This document shows positions 10,720 to 24,318 of a stretch of DNA of 64,000 nt, piece by piece; positions within the stretch are counted from its first letter, which is position 1; the number at the start of each line of letters is the position of its first letter. The notes below the pieces were generated by a model, which saw nothing but the letters and a program-made list of their open reading frames with translations, was not told where the DNA came from and did no database searches. The stretch is from Octopus bimaculoides (taxonomy: Eukaryota). The position numbers and the translations under genes are program-made. The DNA is taken from contig NC_068986.1 of the NCBI RefSeq assembly GCF_001194135.2, positions 56,332,254 to 56,396,253 on the forward strand, read 5' to 3'.

Positions 10720-13700
10720 TGATGATGATGATCATCATTGTTTAGCATTTGCATTCCATGCTGGCAGGGTTGGATGGTTTGATAGGAGCTGGCCAGCTGG
10801 GGAGTTATCCAGACTCCAATTGTCTGTTTTGGCATGGTTTCTGTGGTTATATGCTCTTTCTAATGCCAACCACTTTACAAAGTGTACTGGATGCCTTTAC
10901 CTGGTACTGGCACAAGAAGCAAAGCTTGTCAAGTAAATTGCAAGACAAAGAAGAAACTTCTTTTGGGAAAGATGGATTTATGGCAGGTGTTGAGAGGCTA
11001 AAGCATGATATAAGGGCAGGTACAGGTGTCTTGCTATAAAAGAGGTAGATGGTTACTTCACACTATATAAGAATGGGTGAAAAATAACTGAGAAGAAGAC
11101 AGAGGCATGTCATACAAGAAAGTTTGTATAAGAGAGAATATGGATGGAGGATGGGGAGGTGTGAGTGAATGAATTCATAAGGGAATGACAGGTGGGTATG
11201 GATGAGGGTAGAGGTTAATGTAGTGAATGATGTACAAGACTGAAGATATGGTTGATGGTAAATATCAGTATATGGGAGAAATTATAAAAGAAATAAGTAG
11301 CAATGCAGGAAGTAAGTGAAGAGCAGCAGTGTAATAAATCTGTAGACAGATCAGAAAATAAGGATGGTGGGAGAGAGAGAGAGAGAGAGAGATGTGTACA
11401 AGGCCAGAGATAAAGGTCAAAGGTATGTCATGGTGACTATAGGGAATGGGAGACAAAAGTAAGTGGGTGGTACTGACACCAGATATGATTGGATATTGAG
11501 AGTGATAGCAGATATAAGAAGGTATTAGAAATGAGGTATGACAGTTCTAAGATGTAGTTCAGAAAAAGAGGGAAAGATACCTGAAGGCACACAAAGGGGT
11601 GAGCAGTGGAAAATAGAATAGGAAGGGATGATTTTGAGAATGAGAGGTAGTTACAGGGTGGAGTAAACAATTGTGCAAAAGCAAGAAATATGTGCAGTTT
11701 CTGCTGTCATCGAATTACATCAGCTTGAATGGTGTCATTGTGAAAGGAGTGATAGTAAGAAAAGCATGATTGAAATACATTTAGTGTACGGTTAAGATCC
11801 ATTGAGTGCATATATATAAACCTAATTCTATAAGTACCTTATTTTTGCCATGGCAGTTGAGTCTTATTGAGCAAAGCGAAATGCTAACCATCTCATTCTT
11901 TTGTCATCTCCACCACATGGCTCAACATCTTGAGATCAACCATCACTACTTCATCCCATGTCTTCCTGGTTCTTTTCCATAAGCTCCATTTACTTTAAGT
12001 GATTAGCGCTTTATACAGCTATCATCATCCATACTCACCATACGTCCTTATCAGTGCAACTATTTCTCTCTTGCATATTATATTTGATTCCTCTTACACC
12101 TAGTTTCTTTCTCAACACATTTGTTCTTTGTCATATATGCACATCAGAGCATATAGGCATAATTTATTCTTAGTCTTTCCATGTCCTCTGCTTTCAGGGC
12201 TCACATCTCACTTTCATTTAGCTCTACTGCTCATATACAAGCATCATACAATCTGCTTTTCACTCTGAGAGTGAGAGACCTTTAGTTACCAGCAGAATAA
12301 TTCTCTGAACTTTTCCATCCTATTCTTATTCTAGCAGCTATAGTTTCAGGACATCCTCTACCACTGCTAATTAAGTCACTTACATAACAGAAACTATCTA
12401 CTACCTCTAGGCATTTAAGAGTCCACTTCCTGTGTGTACTTAGTGTTTATTGTTCTGGCACATGTGTCACAAATAGCCTTCCTGTAACTCCACTGCACTT
12501 GCTGTGTGTCCATAGTTTGCAGTAGGTACACCATATAGAATGTATACAACTTTCCTAAATATCAATCCTGAAGAGATCAAAGTCTTGTCTGTATTCCTAT
12601 TTATTTAGAACTTTGGTTTTGCTAAGTTAACTTTAAGGCCCTTTGATTCCAGGTTTTACTTCCATAACTGAAATTTGTTTTCTAGTTCTACTACATAGTT
12701 CACTATAAGAATGAGGTCATCAGCATAGGGTAACCAATCTTAAATTTCTTTGTTATGGTCTGGAAGATTATGATGAATAGGAGGGTATTGAGAACTGAGT
12801 CCCGATGAACTTTTACCTGTACACTAAATTCTTGCTGTACTTGTTGCTAACTCTCACCTTTCTGACAATGTTCCTGTACATGGCTTGTATGGCTCTCACC
12901 AGCCATCCGTCTATCCCTGGCTTTCTCACAGACCACCAAAGGTTTTCTCCCCAGATTGATGAAAACTAAGTATAATAGCTTACTTGTTAAATACTTCTGC
13001 ACCTGTCTTAATAGAAAGAAAGGATCAGTACCTTTCCTCCTTGACACAAAATCAAACTGTATCTTGACTAATTCTCTTCCTAATTAATTGGGCTATAATT
13101 ATTTCTGTTACATGACCTGGTCCAGAAATTTGATACCTCTGTAATTCTGTAATAGTTGTCTACAATTCTAGTAATAGTTGTCTACAATTCTAGTAATAGT
13201 TGTCTACAATTCTAGTAATAGTTGNNNNNNNNNNGTAATAGTTGTCTACAATTCTGCCGTAAAAGTTGTTTGGCATGACACCTTCCTGTACAACCTAATT
13301 AACTATATGAGTAACTAGACCGTTTCCTACTCTGCCAGATATTTTAAGCATTTCAGTGGTGATTTCTGATGGATTAGGGGCTTTACCCGTCTTCATATCC
13401 TTAATTGCCTTATCTATCATAGTGCTGGTGTCTCTGTTGGGTCCATATTGGGAAGATCTTTTTCCTATGCATTCTCCACATTTGATAGCCGTTCATAGCA
13501 CTTCCATGACTTTCATTTTAACATCACTAAGTGCAAGTATACCATCATCAATCTGTGCATGATTATCAGATACATTTCAGTTGTCTCTGATACACTGTCT
13601 TGCAATCCAGAAATCCTCATACCTTTGATTGTCATTTGTAGAGCATTGGCAAACCTCTTACTTTCTACTTCTCCCTTTGCTATATAGACCTAATGCCCAG

Positions 13701-13745
13701 CTTCTCCCCTAGCAACCTGCTACATTTTTTGGCTACCTCCAGTTT
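10720..13745 (-). mobile_element. 5'-truncated decayed RTE LINE with long low-complexity 3' UTR
   Basis: Minus-strand RT remnants: NYRGIKFLD (about 13120-13145), EFSVQVKVH..SVLNTLLFIII (about 12760-12830) and RKTWDEVV..DLKML (about 11910-11980). These are followed by a GA-rich (on +) tract at 11040-11700 and a family-A tail at 10720-10905. Confidence 0.8.
13149..13255. repeat. 22-bp tandem repeat (GTAATAGTTGTCTACAATTCTA)n
   Basis: Three exact units from 13149, a partial unit, a 10-N gap, then one more unit. Confidence 0.95.
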
Positions 13746-14139
13746 TACAATAAAATGTTCTTCCTGTGATCAACCCTTACCTATTTCATCACTTTGAAAT
13801 ATATCTAATGAAAAATATGTAAACATTTATCATCATGAATCCAACATTGCTACAAAGCCAAAATACTTAGCATGGTAGCTTATTGACATTGTGAAAGTAA
13901 AATTTGGTGTTATAGTTCTTAAGTACTCTATAATAACATCAGGATTACCCTTTGGATCAATAGGCCAATGATAAAAAAATCAGACCCAGCTGGTAACATA
14001 AAACTTCCAGGTTCAATTCTTGATTTATTTCAGAAATATTATCTTAAGAAAACTGGATATTACAACACATCCAAAATGAGGAAATAGCCAGAAAAATAGA
14101 CACCATAATGAAACGCATCTCAAATATATATAGAAATAA

Positions 14140-15250
14140 ATGTCATCATTTAATGCTTGCTTTCCATACTGGCATGGGTTGGACAGTTTGACAGGTTGCA
14201 TTGAGATTCAATGTCATCTTTGGTATGGTTGCTATAGCTGGATGTCTTTTCTAATCTCAACCACTTCACAGAGTGTACTTTTGTCATGCCACTAGCACTT
14301 GTGAGATTGCCATGTAACTTTCAAGACAGAAAAGAATAGGGGAAAAGAAAAGGAAAAACTCCCACTATTATGAGGAAATATTTGGGAGAGGAAGGTAGAA
14401 GTGAGTTGTAGTACGCCAGGTATTGAAAGGCTAATGTATGATAGGACAAGCACACATGTCTTGTTATAGAGGATATACATGGCTGAAAGAGATAAAAAGA
14501 AGGTAGTGATGAGATGCAAGAGCAAATTCTCAAGAAACAAGAAGGTGCGCATAAGAAAGGATGCAGACAGTAGGTCATGAGAGGGGATGAGGGAATGAAT
14601 GCTTTCATAAAAGTGTGAGGGGGGTGTAAACAAGTGGAGGTAGAGGTTAATGTTGTGAGTGATGAACTGGAGTGCAGATGGTGGGAAATACCAGCATGTA
14701 GAGGGGTAAGGTGGGAGATATAGGAGAGGCTCAGGAAGAAGAATGGAACAGAAAATAAGAGAATGAGCAAAGTGTAAGTTGTTGAGACGGAGATATAAGG
14801 ATATATAAGGGGCTATTGTAGGTGGGCTATGATGGTAGATATGAGAGGACATTGAAAATGATAACAAAGAAGAGATGTGCTTAGAATGAAGTATAGCAGA
14901 GGTGGAAAGAGGACAGTGGCTGAAGGCACTGAAAGGAGGTGATTGGTCGACATAGTGTGGGCAGGGATGATGGGAATAGAAGTGGTTGCAGGAGGCTGTA
15001 GAAAGTGGGTGGGATGTAATGAGTGCAAGGCGAGTACTGCAGCCAAGGAGACGGGGACAAGGCCTTGCATGTACAGGCATAACCAAGTGGTTTTGGGACA
15101 TCATTTTTGCTGTAATGGACGGGTCTTCTTGAGCACAGCAAAATGCCAATTATCTCAGTCCTTTGTCATCTCCTCTGTAAGGCTCAACAGCTTGAGATTG
15201 GCCTTGAGTACTTTGTCCCATGTCTTCCTGGATCTCTCTCTGCCATGAAT
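14140..15250 (-). mobile_element. Second truncated RTE copy with GA-rich 3' UTR
   Basis: Family-A tail at 14140-14290 and a purine-rich tract sharing blocks with 11040-11700 (e.g. GTAGAGGTTAATGT.GTGA.TGATG). RTE ORF end (RKTWDKVL) near 15200-15240. Confidence 0.75.
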
Positions 15251-15534
15251 TCCATCCACAGCAGTATTTTACATCTACTTTTCTATGCTGGTGTGAGTTA
15301 GTTTTTCTGCTGTAGTGTTTTAAGCCAACTCTTTCAATCTCCTCTTATGAACCAAGGATGTGATTTACCTTTCTAAAATTGAAACAAATATATAATGATT
15401 TTGTTTATAATTTCTTAATATGACTTATTTTAAATTTTGTGGGTTTTTAAAAAAAATATTTAAAAAAAAATTGGAGCAGGGATAAATATTTCTCAAATCA
15501 TCTTGCTTAAATTTACATGTCTTTTGTTCCTCAG

Positions 15535-15615
15535 GAGATAGATGAAGATTGTCTTATTGAACTTGCTGTCTTCAAAGGTACCTCTCGAAGCAGAATGATA
15601 AATATGATCACAGAG
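15535..15615 (+). CDS. MELK: MELK exon: UBA domain first part (EIDEDCLIELAVFKGTSRSRMINMITE)
   Basis: ttttgttcctcAG acceptor and GTAAG donor at 15616; 81 bp, phase 0-0. Resembles the MELK D.DC..EL motif. Absent from the ORF track. Confidence 0.88.
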
Positions 15616-17243
15616 GTAAGTTGTATTTGAAACTCTTTGTTTGTTGTTGTTATTCAATATGGTGTCTATCACACCCCCAAATTTACATTCTACATCCACT
15701 TGATGTGTGCTTACCAGCTTCTTGAATTGTTTCATTGATTTCAGCAGTGAAGTGGCCAGATGGCAACCTGAAATGGTCAGTGTCTTGTGGGGATAGCTGA
15801 CCTGTTGAGCATTATAGCAGATACATGATATCCCCATTTATGCAAATTAACTAATCTGTTCTACCTTGGTCTGACCTCAACCTTTTTGTATATGTCCTGC
15901 TTTCTGGTTAAATAAAAACCAAGCAATAATTTAATGGGTCCCTGTTACTCCCTCTCTTCATCTCTTCATGCTTCTTAATGCCCATTCAAATAAAATTAGC
16001 CCCTAGCTAAATAAAAAGCAGATATATTAGGTGCCATTATATCTACATCATTCGACTGGCGAGCAATAACAAATGTGATTTGCTCCACCTCACTTTTGCA
16101 GAAAGGTGACTACTCAAAAACAGCCATATTAAATCACCATTGTCATCATCATTGTTTTAGCCTCCACTCTTCCATGCTTGCATGGGGCAGATGGAGATTT
16201 TGCAGCAGATTTTTTTTATGGCTAGATACTCTTCCTGTTGCCAAACTCCCATCTGTTTCCAAGCAAGGTAATATTTCTCCATTACTAGACATGTTTTCAC
16301 TGATTATTGTATATAACACTGCTTGTTTGACAGTGACACTCATTTACAGCTATCATGTGATATCAAAACAAGGAGATCCGAACACACACACACACACACA
16401 CACAAGCACACAAGCTTCTTTCAGTTTCTCTTTACCAAATCCACTCTTAAAGCTTTGGTTGGCCTGAGGTTATAATAGAAGACATTTGTTCAGTGCCATA
16501 CAGTGAGACTGAACCTGAAACTATGTGGTTGGGAAGCAAAGCAAACTTCTTAATCATGGTGCTACACCTTTGTCTGTATCAGAAATAAAATTACTGTCAC
16601 ACAGTTGACATAAATAAGTGGTGCTACACCGGTCACCTTGATACTAAGATCAAGAATATCTTTCTATAAATCAGTAAAAGAAAACTCTTTGAGCTTTAAA
16701 ATGTGGAAGCACAATTGCTGAATGGCTTTAGGCATTAATCTACTTGTACTCAAGTCATAAGTTGAAATTTGCTTGAGGTATTTTGCAGGGTTTCTTGGCA
16801 AAACTCTTTATTCTGCATAAATTGCACTTATTCACCCACAACATTAGTAGAGCCAGATATTGGCAATTATCTCTTGTGTCCAGTTTTACTTGTGATTCTC
16901 AAGGAAATGTGACTATCTCCTTTAGTGTACAATTCTAGATTCCATCTGATTTCTCGTATCATCTAAATTTGATTTTTCTTTCTTTTTAATACTTGTTTTA
17001 ATTGCTTAGCTCCAGGTCATCTCTGATTTTGAAGGACCTACAATCAAATGTATACCAGCAGTGACCATTCTGATATTTTTCTCAGTGTATCTATGATCAT
17101 ATTATAGTGACAATTGGCATTGAATGGAATACCTTGTATTTGTTCCAGCCATTTACACTCTGAAATTAAATCCTGTTGAGATCAGCTTTGCTTTTCATCT
17201 CTTTGGGATTGATAAATAAAGCACCAATCCAATATTGGGGCCA

Positions 17244-17300
<57 letters not shown>

Positions 17301-17844
17301 CTAGGAAAGAGATGAGCTTTGCCAAGTATAAAATGCCCAAGACACTTTCTGTACCATGATATTGTTCCTACAACTCCACCAGAAGTTGAGGGCTCAAGGA
17401 ACGAAGTAAAAAGCCATGATAACATCTTTTTAAGATGGTAATTTGAGGGAGATTTGGTCTTGCAAGCCCTTTTGACCTGCTAGAAATAACAAGCCATCTC
17501 TCTCAATACACACCTTACCACATTAAAATGGTCATGCTGGATAATGTAGTCCTGGGTTTTCTGCAGATAAGAAAAGATGGAGTGGTCATGGCTGGAATGC
17601 CTTTCATCCTAGGTCTACTTAACATGGACTGACCCAAAGCTAAACAAAACAACAACAGTTATACAGAGACTCCTTTGTAGCTCATTTTTAACATATGTTC
17701 TAGTTGTGTGGCTCTGTAACTAGGGTACTGTGCACTTCCAGCTCACAGAATTCTATGGCAAGCATTCCCTTTTGTATTTGGAGACCACTTGATTTATAAC
17801 TGTTGGGAATAGAAATGGAGTCCTTTGAAGTGTTGGTTGAGATC

Positions 17845-18320
17845 CTCATCATTTAGCATCCCTTTTCCATGCTGGCATGGGGTGGATGGTTTGAAAACTG
17901 GTGAGTTGAGGAGCTGCACCAGGTTCCAGTTTGATTTGGCATGGTTTCTACTGTTGGATGCCTTTCCTAATGCCAACCACTCCAAGAGTGTCGTGAGTGC
18001 TTTTTATGTGCCACTGGCATGAGTGCCAGTTATGAAACACTGGATCAACCATGACTACGATCTCACTTGACTGACAGGTCTTCTCAAGCACAATATATTG
18101 CCAAAGGTCTCCATCACTTGTCATTCCCTCCATGAGGCCTAAAATTTGAAAGATGCTTTTTACGTGCCACTGGCACGGGAGCCAGTTATGCAATACTGGC
18201 ATTGGCCATGACTACGATTTCACTTGGCTTGACAGATCTTCTCAGACTGGTATATTCTCCAGATTAAAAACAAAAAAAATTAAACCACCCAACACTGAGA
18301 CATGAGCTCTAAGCATGACA
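17845..18320 (-). mobile_element. RTE 3' tail, family A, with internal module duplication
   Basis: Family-A sequence; the TTTTA(T/C)GTGCCACTGGCA module occurs twice (about 18001 and 18158). Confidence 0.75.
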
Positions 18321-21300
18321 GGNNNNNNNNNNNNNNNNNNNNNNNNNNNNNNNNNNNNNNNNNNNNNNNNNNNNNNNNNNNNNNNNNNNNNNNNNNNNNN
18401 NNNNNNNNNNNNNNNNNNNNNNNNNNNNNNNNNNNNNNNNNNNNNNNNNNNNNNNNNNNNNNNNNNNNNNNNNNNNNNNNNNNNNNNNNNNNNNNNNNNN
18501 NNNNNNNNNNNNNNNNNNNNNNNNNNNNNNNNNNNNNNNNNNNNNNNNNNNNNNNNNNNNNNNNNNNNNNNNNNNNNNNNNNNNNNNNNNNNNNNNNNNN
18601 NNNNNNNNNNNNNNNNNNNNNNNNNNNNNNNNNNNNNNNNNNNNNNNNNNNNNNNNNNNNNNNNNNNNNNNNNNNNNNNNNNNNNNNNNNNNNNNNNNNN
18701 NNNNNNNNNNNNNNNNNNNNNNNNNNNNNNNNNNNNNNNNNNNNNNNNNNNNNNNNNNNNNNNNNNNNNNNNNNNNNNNNNNNNNNNNNNNNNNNNNNNN
18801 NNNNNNNNNNNNNNNNAATCTGGACGAAAAGTTTGAATGAAAGAGATTAAAAAAAATTGAAATCCAAATTCCAACTCAAATAAAATTTTTTTTTATAAAT
18901 TATTGAAATTCAAACTGATTAAAATTTTCAAGTCTTTATTAATTTATTTTATTGAATTTCGATCTGATATCAAATTTCAGAAAATTTTTCTTTTTTTTTC
19001 TCCACTTTTTTTACTTAATGAAAACATTCTCAATTTTATCAATTTGAATGATTTTTTTTAACTGATAAAATGTATGTTAAGTTGTATTAAATTTTTTTTT
19101 AAAATAATGTTTTCTCAGATTAAAAGATGTGTTTGTTTTGGTTGGCTTTAGAATTGTGTTATGTGGAATGTGCAGTTGGTATACTGTTGTTAGATTTAAT
19201 TTGAGTAGTAACTCTCATCCATTGCCCAATCTAGTATCACCACTTGGTTTTGGAGTTTCTTCAGCAGAATCCATTCTATTCAAAGCATTGAAAGTGATTC
19301 AGTAAAACAAGTACTAGAGAAAATAGTGGCTTTGATATCCCTTCCACTAAAACCCTTGAAAGTGGTATCCCTGTCAATCACATGACCATAGTTCAATGCC
19401 TGAAACTGGTAGATAAATAAGGAGCCTCTTCACTGCTCCCTCAAAAAACACATTTGGCAATTCTATTAGATATCTTTATCTTTTACTTGTTTCACTCATT
19501 AGACTGCGGCCATGCTGGGGCACTGCCTTGGGGAATTTATTTAAACTAATTAACCCCAGTACTTATTTTCTTTTTAAGCCTGGTACCTATTCCTTCAGCC
19601 TCTTTTGCTGAACTGCTAAGTTACAAGGGCGTAAACACATCAACACTAAGTCATCAAGTGGTGGTGGAGGACAGCCACAGACACAAAGACACACATATAC
19701 GACAGGCTTCTTTCAGTTTCCATCAATCAAATCCACTCACAAGACTTTTGTTGACTTGAGGCTATAGTAGAAGATACTTGCCCAAGTTGCCACACAGTAG
19801 GAGTATAAATCCTGAAAGCATGTGGTTGAGAAGTGTACTTCTTGCCACACAGCCATACCTGCACCTGATATGATTAAAATATTTCAATTTCCTCAGAATG
19901 GTTGCTAAAATGGTGCTGAATTATTTTATCTTCTGTTTCAGTCATTGGGTTGGGGCCATAGTAAGGCACTGGATTAAAGTGGTTTAGCTCAATGAAATCC
20001 ATTTCTTAATTAAAAAAAAAAAATCTGGTATTTATTCTATCAATCTCTTCTGCCAAACCACTGAGTTGCTGAGATGCAAACACACCAGTATTGGTTGTCA
20101 AGTTGTGTGTGTGCATGTACATACATATATATATATATANNNNNNNNNNNNNNNNNNNNNNNNNNNNNNNNNNNNNNNNNNNNNNNNNNNNNNNNNNNNN
20201 NNNNNNNNNNNNNNNNNNNNNNNNNNNNNNNNNNNNNNNNNNNNNNNNNNNNNNNNNNNNNNNNNNNNNNNNNNNNNNNNNNNNNNNNNNNNNNNNNNNN
20301 NNNNNNNNNNNNNNNNNNNNNNNNNNNNNNNNNNNNNNNNNNNNNNNNNNNNNCTATAGTAGAAGACACTTGCCCTGAGGTGAGGAGGACTGAACCTGAA
20401 ACCAAGTGATTGTGAAGGGAGCTTCTTAACCACATAGCCATGCCTATGCCTGAATGTTGAAAAAGTTCAAGAAAATTATTGATTTTGCAGCTGAGATTAA
20501 ATGAAATTTAAAAAAAAATACAAAGCAATGCAACTAAGCAAATATGAGATATATTTCTGAGTGAGAAGTAACTCCCTTAGAAGAAATGTGTGTGGGTTTT
20601 ATTTGTTGTTTCTTTTTGTTGTTTAGCCCTCAGGCCAGGCATAATCAAGCAGTAGACTTATGATCAAAGATACACAACCATAACTTCCTTTTTTTCTTGC
20701 AGACATGTACATGTTTTACCTTAGATCTGTCCTAATCAAGCACACTTATACCCAAAGGCATTCTAGTAATGACCATTCTGTCTTTTTTTTCCAGTGTGCA
20801 TGAAGCCCAGATCACATTGTCCAACGTGTTCTTTTCTGACACACTGTGATCTGAGGTGAATTTTGCTGATATTTCAGCAGGTTGGGCAAGCCATGAAGGT
20901 CTTTTATCAATTCATCAGGTCTATTGCATTATTAGGTGGGAGTTTAATCCATCCACGAGTTTATTACAGAGAGGAGAGTGACAGAATGTTCATGGTTGGA
21001 ATGATTTTGATCTTTGGTCTGGTCTGCTTGACCAGGTCTGATCTAGGGTTAAATGTCATTTCATCCTGTCCTGGGGTATTAACAGTTTTCTCTTTTACCT
21101 TTTACAAGTGCGTGGGTTATATGTTTGATCGAAGGGTAACTCAATTCAATGCTTCTTACTGGAGCAATCTATTAGTGATGGTTTATTCCTCTTTTCCCTC
21201 CTGTTAGTCTTGGAGACTCCTGCAAAAATATTGTATGCTTTGCCTGTCTCATTAAGACATGCCATCTCTTAGAAAAAAAATAAAACAGAACAACCCCTTG

Positions 21301-22350
21301 TGGAAGGGCCTATTTTAGTCATTTAAAAAAAATATATGCAAAACTGTTATAATCATCCTTTATATTGTGAAGTGTTGACATTTTCATTACACCACTGCGT
21401 ACAACTGCAGTTGAATTTATGTGAGTGGCCAGGCCACAATGGGACACACCACAAAATGAATGAAATATGAATGTAATCGTTTCAGTGTGTTTTTAGATGG
21501 CTCTTCCACAATGTCACTGCTTTTAAACTTCAACATACAGTGTCAGATCAAGTCACTTACCAAACATATACAAATTTATATATATGTATGTATGTATATC
21601 CAGTGTGTCCTGCCTTCTTTTTAAGGTAGTATTGTATGTTATGAAGGAAATCTGGTTGCTATTTCTAGCCAATTGAGCAACTGCATAAGAAGCACTCCTC
21701 CCATTGCCTTGTTTGTGTTTCTATTTGACAATGAAGTTGTTGTAGTTATTGTTGTTTTCAATTTCCAATGTTGGATGTGTTAGCTCGCTCGTTTGTTGCA
21801 GCTGATTGATCTAAAAGCCTTTTGTTTTATTTTTCTATTTCGTTCAATCAGTTATAATTTTTTTATTACATTTATACAGGTGATGAAGCATCTTTTCATC
21901 TTGCTCTCTTTCTATTTGTTTTACTCTCTGCATTTTCTTAATTCCAGCTCTACAATGCTGCCAGAGAAGTGGGTGGGGAGAATGGCGAACAGGAGGGGGT
22001 TAAACTTCTATGAGAATGTTGAAATTTGTCATTGCTTTGCTTGTTAGTGTGTGTATGTGTGCTGAATGCATGTTGGTTGGGTGGATGGTTTTAGTGCTGT
22101 TGTTTTGTGTATGGTGCCCGTAACACACCATTAACACATTGTTTATATCCATGTATTGTGTTGTATGTGTATTACATTCATGTATTGTCTGTGTGTTTGT
22201 ACTTGCATATTGTGTCCATGTATTGTGTATATATGTGTGTGTTTGTGTACTGTGTTCATGTATTGTGTATGTGTCTTTGATTTGTGTTGAGTGCATTGCT
22301 GTATGTGTGTTTGTGCCCATGTATTGTCTGTTTCTATTTATTGTCTTTGT

Positions 22351-22390
<40 letters not shown>

Positions 22391-23039
22391 TGTGTGTATG
22401 TGTGTGTTTGTGTTCATGGGGATTGCTGCAGAGATTTAAGCTTCAAAGACAAATGTTGAAATTTGTCATTGATGGCTGTTAGTGTATGCATGTTACTGCT
22501 GGTGTTGAGTGGTTGTGTTTAGTGGTAGTTGTGTGTTGTTGTGTGGTTTGTTATTTAACAAACACCATCAGTTGTGTATGTGTATATATACATTGGGTTT
22601 ATGAGTCATTACGGTGCGCCACTGGACCCCTATATTCAGCAGTTTTATTACCTTAACCTAGCAGAGAGCACAAAACACCTCTCTCTCTCTCTCTCTCTGA
22701 CATGTGTCAACATCATTTCAAAAAAGATCACAGCAATCCCTGACTATTTGTGCTTACATTACAATCAATTCACTTCAGCTGTTGTTGTTGGTGTTTTTGT
22801 CACTGTTAAGCTTGCTGTTTGTTCTCTAAATCCCACAACACACCACACATATTATATCCCACCCCTAATAAATTTGTACCAGGGTGATGATGATGATGTT
22901 GTTGGTAGTGAATAATCTGTTTTGTGCAGTTGTTTTGGTGCTCAGAAGCTGCCATCAAGTTGCAAGTGCAAACAAAATGCCCTGTCTTTCTCTTTTCCCA
23001 CTCTCTCTTTAAAAACATTCCCTACTACATACACACACT

Positions 23040-23062
23040 CACATGCATGCACACACACACTC

Positions 23063-23135
<73 letters not shown>

Positions 23136-23358
23136 TCACACACAAATACTGTCTTTTCACTCACTCATGCTCTCTCTCTCTCTCTGTCTCCCACATACTC
23201 ATTCTCTCTCTCTCCTTGCTCATTATGCCTTCTCTCTTTCCTGATTCACACAACCAACTCTATTATACACCCACTCTCTTTCTACACAATCCCTCTCTCT
23301 ACACAGATTTTCTCTACTTACACATCCCCTTCACACACTGTCTGTCTCTCTATAAATA

Positions 23359-23394
<36 letters not shown>

Positions 23395-23624
23395 ATACAC
23401 ACACACAACTCTAACTCTTACCATCACTACCACACTTTATTATTATTGTACCTCCTTCACCCCTCAACCTTTCTATCTCAAATGAAGGTCCATTGTGACC
23501 TTTCCACATCACTTGCCCTCCTCCCCTTCCTGGAATTGGTTCTTGTCTTTGGTTTTGTTTGTTGATCTGTTTATTTTAAGGGCTGGAATGAGGTGAGTGT
23601 CTAGAGGGAGAAAAATGTATGAGT

Positions 23625-23686
<62 letters not shown>

Positions 23687-23830
23687 TGAGTGAGTGAGTG
23701 AGAGAGAGAGAGAGATGTGAGTGAGAGAGAGAGATAGATAGAGAGAGAGAGAGAGAGAGTGTGTGTGTGTGTATGAGAGAGAGAGAGAGAGTGTGTGTGT
23801 GTGTGTATGAGAGAGAGAGAGAGAGAGTGT
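23040..23830. repeat. Compound microsatellite block (CA, TA, CT, GA)
   Basis: (TA)n about 23066-23132, CT/CA mixes and (GA)n about 23627-23830. Similar simple repeats occur throughout, e.g. (AAT)n 700-735 and 35482-35522, (CT)n 17246-17292, (TAC)n 26933-26978. Confidence 0.95.
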
Positions 23831-24318
23831 ACAGTAAGAAGCTGCCATGACTTTGTTGCTATTATTTAATGTCAAAGGTTGTTCTGGCCATAAATTTTCT
23901 TTGGTGGAGGTCGTATTTGGATGCAAGTTGTGGGGAAGGTAATATGAGTAAGAATGGTGGTAGCAGTGACATATATGGAAGGTGGGTAAGAAGTGAAACT
24001 GCTGTCAACCTTTGCTGCTGTATACAGGTCAGCAGTGTTGTTTAGCCTCCAGGTCATCCTTGATTGAACAGAGCCTGTGATCAAATGCATTCCAACAATG
24101 ACTATCTTGTCTTTTTAATTCTTTCAAGCATCATGTATCCAGTGCTATATTATTTAATATAGTATTAGGTAAAATTTTTGAGGCAGTAGGTATGATTCAA
24201 AAAGTATTTGGTTGATATTTCTAGCAAGTCAAGCGACCATGTAGAGTCTCCCTTATTGGCTCAGATAGACTGAAGGTTGTTTGGATGTGGCCCTCTGTTA
24301 GTGGTTAGGGAGTGAAGA

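Noticed and set aside
13149-13255. Repeat array as CRISPR
   Set aside because: Units are contiguous with no spacers, and the context is eukaryotic.
14292-15149. Longest ORF in the track (285 aa, minus) and overlapping ORFs
   Set aside because: Translation of a CT-rich low-complexity retroelement UTR; S/L/H/P-biased, open in several frames, no domain.
18242-18874. Long X-filled ORFs
   Set aside because: Produced by N gaps; likewise at 20.0-20.4, 29.0-29.3, 34.1-34.6, 60.6-61.5 and 62.4-62.9 kb.
18817-19120. Extremely AT-rich homopolymer-rich stretch after a gap
   Set aside because: No ORF or structure; may be a low-quality contig end and cannot be interpreted.
22000-23926. ORFs with YIYI, CVCV, SLSL and HTHT runs
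   Set aside because: Microsatellite translations. The same applies to the similar ORFs near 37-38, 49-51, 53 and 62-64 kb.
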